Assembly (NCBI GenBank): GCA_032718475.1
Contig: JAUCBJ010004138.1
Coordinates: 5,263 to 69,262, forward strand
Source: Nemertoderma westbladi
Lineage: Eukaryota > Animalia > Xenacoelomorpha
Direction of reading: 5' to 3'
DNA: 64,000 nt
Of the stretch, positions 28,901 through 43,900 are shown piece by piece. Below the pieces are notes generated by a model, which did no database searches, was not told where the DNA came from, and worked only from the letters and a program-made list of their open reading frames with translations. Position 1 is the stretch's first letter, and the number at the start of each line of letters is the position of its first letter. A program made the translations under genes and the position numbers.

Positions 28901-31900
28901 ACTGCCAGTTTCTTACAGAACCACAGATTTACAATAATAACAGCCAGTTTATCATAGAACCGCAGATTTACAATAATAACTGCCAGATTATCATAGAACC
29001 GCAGATTTACAATAATAACTGCCAGATTATCATAGAACCACAGATTTACAATAATAACTGCCAGATTATCATAGAACCGCAGATTTACAATAATAACTGC
29101 CAGATTATCATAGAATCACAGATTTACAATAATAACTGCCAGTTTATCATAGAACCACACAGATTTACAATAATAACTGCCAGTTTCTTACAGAACCACA
29201 GATTTACAATAATAACAGCCAGTTTATCATAGAACCGCAGATTTACAATAATAACTGCCAGATTATCATAGAACCACAGATTTACAATAATAACTGCCAG
29301 ATTATCATAGAACCGCAGATTTACAATAACTGCCAGATTATCATAGAATCACAGATTTACAATAATAACTGCCAGATATCATAGAACCGCAGATTTACAA
29401 TAGTACTGCCAGATTATCATAGAACCGCAGATTTACAATAATAACTGCCAGTTTATCATAGAACCACAGATTTACAATAATAACTGCCAGTTTCTTACAG
29501 AACCACAGATTTACAATAATAACTGCCAGTTTATCATAGAACCGCAGATTTACAATAATAACTGCCAGATTATCATAGAACCGCAGATTTACAATAATAA
29601 CTGTCAGATTATCATAGAACCACAGATTTACAATAATAACTGCCAGATTATCATAGAACCGCAGATTTACAATAATAACTGCCAGATTATCATAGAACCG
29701 CAGATTTACAATAATAACTGTCAGATTATCATAACCGCAGATTTACAATAATAACTGCCAGTTTATCATAGAACCGCAGATTTACAATAATAACTGCCAG
29801 ATTATCATAGAACCGCAAATTTACAATAATAACTGCCAGATTATCATAGAACCGCAGATTTACAATAATAACTGCCCGATTATCATAGAACCACAGATTT
29901 ACAATAATAACTGCCAGATTATCATAGAACCGCAGATTTACAATAATAACTGCCAGATTATCATAGAACCACAGATTTACAATAATAACTGCCAGATTAT
30001 CATAGAACCGCAGATTTACAATAATAACTGCTAGATTATCATAGAACCGCAGATTTACCATAATAACTGCCAGATTATCATAGAACCGCAGATTTACAAT
30101 AGTACTGCCAGATTATCATAGAACCGCAGATTTACAATAATAACTGCCAGTTTATCATAGAACCACAGATTTACAATAATAACTGCCAGTTTCTTACAGA
30201 ACCACAGATTTACAATAATAACTGCAAGTTTATCATAGAACCGCAGATTTACAATAATAACTGCCAGATTATCATAGAACCGCAGATTTACAATAATAAC
30301 TGTCAGATTATCATAGAACCGCAGATTTACAATAATAACTGCCAGTTTATCATAGAACCGCAGATTTACAATAATAACTGCCAGATTATCATAGAACCGC
30401 AAATTTACAATAATAACTGCCAGTTTATCATAGAACCACACAGATTTACAATAATAACTGCCAGTTTCTTACAGAACCACAGATTTACAATAATAACAGC
30501 CAGTTTATCATAGAACCGCAGATTTACAATAATAACTGCCAGATTATCATAGAACCACAGATTTACAATAATAACTGCCAGATTATCATAGAACCGCAGA
30601 TTTACAATAATAACTGCCAGATTATCATAGAATCACAGATTTACAATAATAACTGCCAGATATCATAGAACCGCAGATTTACAATAGTACTGCCAGATTA
30701 TCATAGAACCGCAGATTTACAATAATAACTGCCAGTTTATCATAGAACCACAGATTTACAATAATAACTGCCAGTTTCTTACAGAACCACAGATTTACAA
30801 TAATAACTGCCAGTTTATCATAGAACCGCAGATTTACAATAATAACTGCCAGATTATCATAGAACCGCAGATTTACAATAATAACTGTCAGATTATCATA
30901 GAACCGCAGATTTACAATAATAACTGCCAGTTTATCATAGAACCGCAGATTTACAATAATAACTGCCTGATTATCATAGAACCGCAACTTTACAATAATA
31001 ACTGCCAGTTTATCATAGAACCACACAGATTTACAATAATAACTGCCAGTTTCTTACAGAACCACAGATTTACAATAATAACAGCCAGTTTATCATAGAA
31101 CCGCAGATTTACAATAATAACTGCCAGATTATCATAGAACCGCAGATTTACAATAATAACTGCCAGATTATCATAGAAACGCAGATTTACAATAATAACT
31201 GCCAATTTACCATAGAACCGCAGATTTACAATAATAACTGCCAGATTATCATACAACCGCAGATTTACAATAATAACTGCCAGATTATCATAGAACCGCA
31301 GATTTACAATAATAACTGCCAGATTATCATAGAACCGCAGATTTACAATAATAACTGCCAGATTATCATAGAACCACAGATTTACAATAATAACTGCCAG
31401 ATTATCATAGAACCGCAGATTTACAATAATAACTGCTAGATTATCATAGAACCGCAGATTTACCATAATAACTGCCAGATTATCATAGAACCGCAGATTT
31501 ACAATAATAACTGCCAGATTATCATAGAACCGCAGATTTACAATAATAACTGCCAGATTATCATAGAACCACAGATTTACAATAATAACTGCCAGATTAT
31601 CATAGAACCGCAGATTTACAATAATAACTGCCAATATATCATAGAACCGCAGATTTACAATAATAACTGCCAGTTTATCATAGAACCACACAGATTTACA
31701 ATAATAACTGCCAGATTATCATAGAACCGCAGATTTACAATAATAACTGCCAATATATCATAGAACCGCAGATTTACAATAATAACTGCCAGATTATCAT
31801 AGAACCGCAGATTTACAATAATAACTGCCAGATTATCATTGAGCCACATATTTACAATAATAACTGCCAGTTTATCACAGAACCACAGATTTACAATAAT

Positions 31901-34900
31901 AACTGCCATATTATCATAGAACCACAGATTTACAATAATAACTGCCAGTTTCTTACAGAACCACAGATTTACAATAATAACTGCCAGTTTATCATAGAAC
32001 CAAAGATTTACAATAATAACTGCCAGATTATCATAGAACCACAGATTTACAATAATAACTGCCAGATTACCATAGAACCACAGGGTCACAATAATAACTG
32101 CCAGTTTATCATAGAACCGCAGATTTACAATAATAACTGCCAGTTTATCATAGAACCGCAGATTTACAATAATAACTGCCAGATTATCATAGAATCGCAG
32201 ATTTACAATAATAACTGCCAGATTATCATAGAACCACAGATTTACAATAATAACTGCCAGTTTATCATAGAACCACACAGATTTACCATAATAACTGCCA
32301 GTTTCTTACAGAACCACAGATTTACAATAATAACTGCCAGTTTATCATAGAACTGCAGATTTACAATAATAACTGCCAGTTTCTTACAGAACCACAGATT
32401 TACAATAATAACTGCCAGTTTATCATAGGACCACAGATTTACAATAGTAACTACCAGTTTCTTACAGAAACGCAGATTTACAATAATAACTGCCAGATTA
32501 TCATAGAACCGCAGATTTACAATAATAACTGCCAATTTATCATAGAACCGCAGATTTACAATAATAGCTGCCAGTTTATCACAGAACCACAGATTTACAA
32601 TAATAACTGCCAGATTATCATAGAACCGCAGATTTACAATAATAACTGTCAGTTTATCAAACCGCAGATTTACAATAATAACTGCCAGTTTATCATAGAA
32701 CCACAGATTTACAATAATAACTGCCAGTTATCATAGAACCGCAGATTTACAATAATAACTGCCAGTTTATCATAGAACCACAGATTTACAATAATAACTG
32801 TCAGTTTATCATAGGACCACAGATTTACAATAATAACTGCCAGATTATCATAGAACCGCAGATTTACAATAATAACTGCCAGATTATCATAGAACCGCAG
32901 ATTTACAATAATAACTGCCAATTTATCATAGAACCGCAGATTTACAATAATAACTGCCAGATTATCATAGAACCGCAGATTTACAATAATAACTGCCAGA
33001 TTATCATTGAGCCACAGATTTACAATAATAACTGCCAGTTTATCATAGAACCACAGATTTACAATAATAACTGCCAGATTATCATAGAACCACAGATTTG
33101 CAATAATAACTGCCAGTTTCTTACAGAACCACAGATTTACAATAATAACTGCCAGTTTATCATAGAACCGCAGATTTACAATAATAACTGCCAGATTATC
33201 ATAGAACCGCAGATTTACAATAATAACTGTCAGATTATCATAGAACCGCAGATTTACAATAATAACTGCCAGTTTATCATAGAACCGCAGATTTACAATA
33301 ATAACTGCCAGATTATCATAGAACCGCAAATTTACAATAATAACTGCCAGTTTATCATAGAACCACACAGATTTACAATAATAACTGCCAGTTTCTTACA
33401 GAACCACAGATTTACAATAATAACAGCCAGTTTATCATAGAACCGCAGATTTACAATAATAACTGCCAGATTATCATAGAACCGCAGATTTACAATAATA
33501 ACTGCCAGATTATCATAGAACCACAGATTTACAATAATAACTGCCAGATTATCATAGAACCGCAGATTTACAATAATAACTGCCAGATTATCATAGAATC
33601 ACAGATTTACAATAATAACTGCCAGTTTATCATAGAACCACACAGATTTACAATAATAACTGCCAGTTTCTTACAGAACCACAGATTTACAATAATAACA
33701 GCCAGTTTATCATAGAACCGCAGATTTACAATAATAACTGCCAGATTATCATAGAACCACAGAATTACAATAATAACTGCCAGATTATCATAGAACCGCA
33801 GATTTACAATAATAACTGCCAGATTATCATAGAATCACAGATTTACAATAATAACTGCCAGATATCATAGAACCGCAATTTTCAATAGTACTGCCAGATT
33901 ATCATAGAACCGCAGATTTACAATAATAACTGCCAGTTTATCATAGAACCACAGATTTACAATAATAACTGCCAGTTTCTTACAGAACCACAGATTTACA
34001 ATAATAACTGCCAGTTTATCATAGAACCGCAGATTTACAATAATAACTGCCAGATTATCATAGAACCGCAGATTTACAATAATAACTGTCAGATTATCAT
34101 AGAACCACAGATTTACAATAATAACTGCCAGATTATCATAGAACCGCAGATTTACAATAATAACTGCCAGATTATCATAGAACCGCAGATTTACAATAAT
34201 AACTGTCAGATTATCATATAACCGCAGATTTACAATAATAACTGCCAGTTTATCATAGAACCGCAGATTTACAATAATAACTGCCAGATTATCATAGAAC
34301 CGCAGATTTACAATAATAACTGCCAGATTATCATAGAACCACAGATTTACAATAATAACTGCCAGATTATCATAGAACCGCAGATTTACAATAATAACTG
34401 CCAGATTATCATAGAATCACAGATTTACAATAATAACTGCCAGTTTATCATAGAACCACACAGATTTACAATAATAACTGCCAGTTTCTTACAGAACCAC
34501 AGATTTACAATAATAACAGCCAGTTTATCATAGAACCGCAGATTTACAATAATAACTGCCAGATTATCATAGAACCACAGATTTACAATAATAACTGCCA
34601 GATTATCATAGAACCGCAAATTTACAATAATAACTGCCAGATTATCATAGAATCACAGATTTACAATAATAACTGCCAGATATCATAGAACCGCAGATTT
34701 ACAATAGTACTGCCAGATTATCATAGAACCGCAGATTTACAATAATAACTGCCAGTTTATCATAGAACCACAGATTTACAATAATAACTGCCAGTTTCTT
34801 ACAGAACCACAGATTTACAATAATAACTGCCAGTTTATCATAGAACCGCAGATTTACAATAATAACTGCCAGATTATCATAGAACCGCAGATTTACAATA

Positions 34901-37900
34901 ATAACTGTCAGATTATCATAGAACCACAGATTTACAATAATAACTGCCAGATTATCATAGAACCGCAGATTTACAATAATAACTGCCAGATTATCATAGA
35001 ACCGCAGATTTACAATAATAACTGTCAGATTATCATATAACCGCAGATTTACAATAATAACTGCCAGTTTATCATAGAACCGCAGATTTACAATAATAAC
35101 TGCCAGATTATCATAGAACCGCAAATTTACAATAATAACTGCCAGTTTATCATAGAACCACACAGATTTACAATAATAACTGCCAGATTATCATACAACC
35201 GCAGATTTACAATAATAACTGCCAGATTATCATAGAACCGCAGATTTACAATAATAACTGCCAGATTATCATAGAACCGCAGATTTACAATAATAACTGC
35301 CAGTTTATCACAGAACCACAGATTTACAATAATAACTGCCAGATTATCATAGAACCGCAGATTTACAATAATAACTGTCAGTTTATCAAACCGCAGATTT
35401 ACAATAATAACTGCCAGTTTATCATAGAACCACAGATTTACAATAATAACTGCCAGTTTATCATAGAACCGCAGATTTACAATAATAACTGCCAGTTTAT
35501 CATAGAACCACAGATTTACAATAATAACTGTCAGTTTATCATAGGACCACAGATTTACAATAATAACTGCCAGATTATCATAGAACCGCAGATTTACAAT
35601 AATAACTGCCAGATTATCATAGAACCGCAGATTTACAATAATAACTGCCAATTTATCATAGAACCGCAGATTTACAATAATAACTGCCAGATTATCATAG
35701 AACCGCAGATTTACAATAATAACTGCCAGATTATCATTGAGCCACAGATTTACAATAATAACTGCCAGTTTATCATAGAACCACAGATTTACAATAATAA
35801 CTGCCAGATTATCATAGAACCACAGATTTACAATAATAACTGCCAGTTTCTTACAGAACCACAGATTTACAATAATAACTGCCAGTTTATCATAGAACCG
35901 CAGATTTACAATAATAACTGCCAGATTATCATAGAACCGCAGATTTACAATAATAACTGTCAGATTATCATAGAACCGCAGATTTACAATAATAACTGCC
36001 AGATTATCATAGAACCGCAGATTTACAATAATAACTGCCAGATTATCATAGAACCGCAAATTTACAATAATAACTGCCAGTTTATCATAGAACCACACAG
36101 ATTTACAATAATAACTGCCAGTTTCTTACAGAACCACAGATTTACAATAATAACAGCCAGTTTATCATAGAACCGCAGATTTACAATAATAACTGCCAGA
36201 TTATCATAGAACCGCAGATTTACAATAATAACTGCCAGATTATCATAGAACCACAGATTTACAATAATAACTGCCAGATTATCATAGAACCGCAGATTTA
36301 CAATAATAACTGCCAGATTATCATAGAATCACAGATTTACAATAATAACTGCCAGTTTATCATAGAACCACACAGATTTACAATAATAACTGCCAGATTC
36401 TTACAGAACCACAGATTTACAATAATAACAGCCAGTTTATCATAGAACCGCAGATTTACAATAATAACTGCCAGATTATCATAGAACCACAGATTTACAA
36501 TAATAACTGCCAGATTATCATAGAACCGCAGATTTACAATAATAACTGCCAGATTATCATAGAATCACAGATTTACAATAATAACTGCCAGATATCATAG
36601 AACCGCAGATTTACAATAGTACTGCCAGATTATCATAGAACCGCAGATTTACAATAATAACTGCCAGTTTATCATAGAACCACAGATTTACAATAATAAC
36701 TGCCAGTTTCTTACAGAACCACAGATTTACAATAATAACTGCCAGTTTATCATAGAACCGCAGATTTACAATAATAACTGCCAGTTTCTTACAGAACCAC
36801 AGATTTACAATAATAACTGCCAGTTTATCATAGAACCGCAGATTTACAATAATAACTGCCAGATTATCATAGAACCGCAGATTTACAATAATAACTGTCA
36901 GATTATCATAGAACCGCAGATTTACAATAATAACTGCCAGTTTATCATAGAACCGCAGATTTACAATAATAACTGCCAGATTATCATAGAACCGCAAATT
37001 TACAATAATAACTGCCAGTTTATCATAGAACCACACAGATTTACAATAATAACTGCCAGTTTCTTACAGAACCACAGATTTACAATAATAACAGCCAGTT
37101 TATCATAGAACCGCAGATTTACAATAATAACTGCCAGATTATCATAGAACCGCAGATTTACAATAATAACTGCCAGATTATCATAGAACCACAGATTTAC
37201 AATAATAACTGCCAGATTATCATAGAACCGCAGATTTACAATAATAACTGCCAGATTATCATAGAATCACAGATTTACAATAATAACTGCCAGTTTATCA
37301 TAGAACCACACAGATTTACAATAATAACTGCCAGTTTCTTACAGAACCACAGATTTACAATAATAACAGCCAGTTTATCATAGAACCGCAGATTTACAAT
37401 AATAACTGCCAGATTATCATAGAACCACAGATTTACAATAATAACTGCCAGATTATCATAGAACCGCAGATTTACAATAATAACTGCCAGATTATCATAG
37501 AATCACAGATTTACAATAATAACTGCCAGATATCATAGAACCGCAGATTTACAATAGTACTGCCAGATTATCATAGAACCGCAGATTTACAATAATAACT
37601 GCCAGTTTATCATAGAACCACAGATTTACAATAATAACTGCCAGTTTCTTACAGAACCACAGATTTACAATAATAACTGCCAGTTTATCATAGAACCGCA
37701 GATTTACAATAATAACTGCCAGTTTCTTACAGAACCACAGATTTACAATAATAACTGCCAGTTTATCATAGAACCGCAGATTTACAATAATAACTGCCAG
37801 ATTATCATAGAACCGCAGATTTACAATAATAACTGTCAGATTATCATAGAACCGCAGATTTACAATAATAACTGCCAGTTTATCATAGAACCGCAGATTT

Positions 37901-40900
37901 ACAATAATAACTGCCAGATTATCATAGAACCGCAAATTTACAATAATAACTGCCAGTTTATCATAGAACCACACAGATTTACAATAATAACTGCCAGTTT
38001 CTTACAGAACCACAGATTTACAATAATAACAGCCAGTTTATCATAGAACCGCAGATTTACAATAATAACTGCCAGATTATCATAGAACCGCAGATTTACA
38101 ATAATAACTGCCAGATTATCATAGAACCACAGATTTACAATAATAACTGCCAGATTATCATAGAACCGCAGATTTACAATAATAACTGCCAGATTATCAT
38201 AGAATCACAGATTTACAATAATAACTGCCAGTTTATCATAGAACCACACAGATTTACAATAATAACTGCCAGATTTCTTACAGAACCACAGATTTACAAT
38301 AATAACAGCCAGTTTATCATAGAACCGCAGATTTACAATAATAACTGCCAGATTATCATAGAACCACAGATTTACAATAATAACTGCCAGATTATCATAG
38401 AACCGCAGATTTACAATAATAACTGCCAGATTATCATAGAATCACAGATTTACAATAATAACTGCCAGATATCATAGAACCGCAGATTTACAATAGTACT
38501 GCCAGATTATCATAGAACCGCAGATTTACAATAATAACTGCCAGTTTATCATAGAACCACAGATTTACAATAATAACTGCCAGTTTCTTACAGAACCACA
38601 GATTTACAATAATAACTGCCAGTTTATCATAGAACCGCAGATTTACAATAATAACTGCCAGATTATCATAGAACCGCAGATTTACAATAATAACTGTCAG
38701 ATTATCATAGAACCACAGATTTACAATAATAACTGCCAGATTTATCATAGAACCGCAGATTTACAATAATAACTGCCAGATTATCATAGAACCGCAGATT
38801 TACAATAATAACTGTCAGATTATCATATGAACCGCAGATTTACAATAATAACTGCCAGTTTATCATAGAACCGCAGATTTACAATAATAACTGCCAGATT
38901 ATCATAGAACCGCAAATTTACAATAATAACTGCCAGTTTATCATAGAACCACACAGATTTACAATAATAACTGCCAGTTTCTTACAGAACCACAGATTTA
39001 CAATAATAACAGCCAGTTTATCATAGAACCGCAGATTTACAATAATAACTGCCAGATTATCATAGAACCGCAGATTTACAATAATAACTGCCAGTTTATC
39101 ATAGAACCGCAGATTTACAATAATAACTGCCAGATTATCATAGAACCGCAAATTTACAATAATAACTGCCAGTTTATCATAGAACCACACAGATTTACAA
39201 TAATAACTGCCAGTTTCTTACAGAACCACAGATTTACAATAATAACAGCCAGTTTATCATAGAACCACAGATTTACAATAATAACTGCCAGATTATCATA
39301 GAACCGCAGATTTACAATAATAACTGCCAGATTATCATAGAATCACAGATTTACAATAATAACTGCCAGTTTATCATAGAACCACACAGATTTACAATAA
39401 TAACTGCCAGTTTCTTACAGAACCACAGATTTACAATAATAACTGCCAGATTATCATAGAACCGCAGATTTACAATAATAACTGCCAGATTATCATAGAA
39501 CCGCAGATTTACAATAATAACTGCCAGATTATCATAGAACCGCAGATTTACAATAATAACTGCCAGATTTATCATAGAACCGCAGATTTACAATAATAAC
39601 TGCCAGATTATCATAGAACCGCAGATTTACAATAATAACTGCCAGATTATCATAGAACCGCAGATTTACAATAATAACTGCTAGATTATCATAGAACCGC
39701 AGATTTACCATAATAACTGCCAGATTATCATAGAACCGCAGATTTACAATAATAACTGCCAGATTATCATAGAACCACAGATTTACAATAGTACTGCCAG
39801 ATTATCATAGAACCGCAGATTTACAATAATAACTGCCAGTTTATCATAGAACCACAGAATTACAATAATAACTGCCAGTTTCTTACAGAACCACAGATTT
39901 ACAATAATAACTGCCAGTTTATCATAGAACCGCAGATTTACAATAATAACTGCCAGATTATCATAGAACCGCAGATTTACAATAATAACTGTCAGATTAT
40001 CATAGAACCGCAGATTTACAATAATAACTGCCAGTTTATCATAGGACCACAGATTTACAATAATAACTGCCAGATTATCATAGAACCGCAGATTTACAAT
40101 AATAACTGCCAGATTATCATAGAACCGCAGATTTACAATAATAACTGCCAATTTATCATAGAACCGCAGATTTACAATAATAACTGCCAGATTATCATAG
40201 AACCGCAGATTTACAATAATAACTGCCAGATTATCATTGAGCCACATATTTACAATAATAACTGCCAGTTTATCACAGAACCACAGATTTACAATAATAA
40301 CTGCCATATTATCATAGAACCTCAGATTTACAATAATAACTGCCAGTTTCTTACAGAACCACAGATTTACAATAATAACTGCCAGTTTATCATAGAACCG
40401 CAGATTTACAATAATAACTGCCAGATTATCATAGAACCGCAGATTTACAATAATAACTGTCAGATTATCATAGAACCGCAGATTTACAATAATAACTGCC
40501 AGTTTATCATAGAACCGCAGATTTACAATAATAACTGCCAGATTATCATAGAACCGCAAATTTACAATAATAACTGCCAGTTTATCATAGAACCACACAG
40601 ATTTACAATAATAACTGCCAGTTTCTTACAGAACCACAGATTTACAATAATAACAGCCAGTTTATCATAGAACCGCAGATTTACAATAATAACTGCCAGA
40701 TTATCATAGAACCGCAGATTTACAATAATAACTGCCAGATTATCATAGAACCACAGATTTACAATAATAACTGCCAGATTATCATAGAACCGCAGATTTA
40801 CAATAATAACTGCCAGATTATCATAGAATCACAGATTTACAATAATAACTGCCAGTTTATCATAGAACCACACAGATTTACAATAATAACTGCCAGTTTC

Positions 40901-43900
40901 TTACAGAACCACAGATTTACAATAATAACAGCCAGTTTATCATAGAACCGCAGATTTACAATAATAACTGCCAGATTATCATAGAACCACAGATTTACAA
41001 TAATAACTGCCAGATTATCATAGAACCGCAGATTTACAATAATAACTGCCAGATTATCATAGAATCACAGATTTACAATAATAACTGCCAGATATCATAG
41101 AACCGCAGATTTACAATAGTACTGCGAGATTATCATAGAACCGCAGATTTACAATAATAACTGCCAGTTTATCATAGAACCACAGATTTACAATAATAAC
41201 TGCCAGTTTCTTACAGAACCACAGATTTACAATAATAACTGCCAGTTTATCATAGAACCGCAGATTTACAATAATAACTGCCAGATTATCATAGAACCGC
41301 AGATTTACAATAATAACTGTCAGATTATCATAGAACCACAGATTTACAATAATAACTGCCAGATTATCATAGAACCGCAGATTTACAATAATAACTGTCA
41401 GATTATCATATAACCGCAGATTTACAATAATAACTGCCAGTTTATCATAGAACCGCAGATTTACAATAATAACTGCCAGATTATCATAGAACCGCAAATT
41501 TACAATAATAACTGCCAGTTTATCATAGAACCACACAGATTTACAATAATAACTGCCAGTTTCTTACAGAATCACAGATTTACAATAATAACAGCCAGTT
41601 TATCATAGAACCGCAGATTTACAATAATAACTGCCAGATTATCATAGAACCGCAGATTTACAATAATAACTGCCAGATTATCATAGAACCGCAGATTTAC
41701 AATAATAACTGCCAATTTACCATAGAACCGCAGATTTACAATAATAACTGCCAGATTATCATACAACCGCAGATTTACAATAATAACTGCCAGATTATCA
41801 TAGAACCGCAGATTTACAATAATAACTGCCAGATTATCATAGAACCGCAGATTTACAATAATAACTGCCAGATTATCATAGAACCACAGATTTACAATAA
41901 TAACTGCCAGATTATCATAGAACCGCAGATTTACAATAATAACTGCTAGATTATCATAGAACCGCAGATTTACCATAATAACTGCCAGATTATCATAGAA
42001 CCGCAGATTTACAATAATAACTGCCAGATTATCATAGAACCACAGATTTACAATAGTACTGCCAGATTATCATAGAACCGCAGATTTACAATAATAACTG
42101 CCAGTTTATCATAGAACCACAGAATTACAATAATAACTGCCAGTTTCTTACAGAACCACAGATTTACAATAATAACTGCCAGATTATCAAAGAACCGCAG
42201 ATTTACAATAATAACTGCCAGATTATCATAGAATCACAGATTTACAATAATAACTGCCAGATATCATAGAACCGCAGATTTACAATAGTACTGCCAGATT
42301 ATCATAGAACCGCAGATTTACAATAATAACTGCCAGTTTATCATAGAACCACAGATTTACAATAATAACTGCCAGTTTCTTACAGAACCACAGATTTACA
42401 ATAATAACTGCCAGTTTATCATATAACCGCAGATTTACAATAATAACTGCCAGATTATCATAGAACCGCAGATTTACAATAATAACTGTCAGATTATCAT
42501 ATAACCGCAGATTTACAATAATAACTGCCAGTTTATCATAGAACCGCAGATTTACAATAATAACTGCCAGATTATCATAGAACCGCAAATTTACAATAAT
42601 AACTGCCAGTTTATCATAGAACCACACAGATTTACAATAATAACTGCCAGTTTCTTACAGAACAACAGATTTACAATAATAACAGCCAGTTTATCATAGA
42701 ACCGCAGATTTACAATAATAACTGCCAGATTATCATAGAACCGCAGATTTACAATAATAACTGCCAGATTATCATAGAACCGCAGATTTACAATAATAAC
42801 TGCCAGTTTCTTACAGAACCACAGATTTACAATAATAACTGCCAGATTATCATACAACCGCAGATTTACAATAATAACTGCCAGATTATCATAGAACCGC
42901 AGATTTACAATAATAACTGCCAGATTATCATAGAACCACAGATTTACAATAATAACTGCCAGATTATCATAGAACCGCAGATTTACAATAATAACTGCTA
43001 GATTATCATAGAACCGCAGATTTACCATAATAACTGCCAGATTATCATAGAACCGCAGATTTACAATAATAACTGCCAGATTATCATAGAACCGCAGATT
43101 TACAATAGTACTGCCAGATTATCATAGAATCGCAGATTTACAATAATAACTGCCAGTTTATCATAGAACCACAGAATTACAATAATAACTGCCAGTTTCT
43201 TACAGAACCACAGATTTACAATAATAACTGCCAGTTTATCATAGAAACGCAGATTTACAATAATAACTGCCAGATTATCATAGAACCGCAGATTTACAAT
43301 AATAACTCTCAGATTATCATAGAACCGCAGATTTACAATAATAACTGCCAGTTTATCATAGAACCGCAGATTTACAATAATAACTGCCAGTTTATCATAG
43401 AACCACACAGATTTACAATAATAACTGCCAGATTATCATAGAACCGCAGATTTACAATAATAACTGCCAATTTATCATAGAACCGCAGATTTACAATAAT
43501 AACTGCCAGATTATCATAGAACTGCAGATTTACAATAATAACTGCCAGATTATCATTGAGCCACATATTTACAATAATAACTGCCAGTTTATCACAGAAC
43601 CACAGATTTACAATAATAACTGCCATATTATCATAGAACCTCAGATTTACAATAATAACTGCCAGTTTCTTACAGAACCACAGATTTACAATAATAACTG
43701 CCAGTTTATCATAGAACCAAAGATTTACAATAATAACTGCCAGATTATCATAGAACCACAGATTTACAATAATAACTGCCAGATTATCATAGAACCACAG
43801 GGTCACAATAATAACTGCCAGTTTATCATAGAACCGCAGATTTACAATAATAACTGCCAGTTTATCATAGAACCGCAGATTGACAATAATAACTGCCAGA

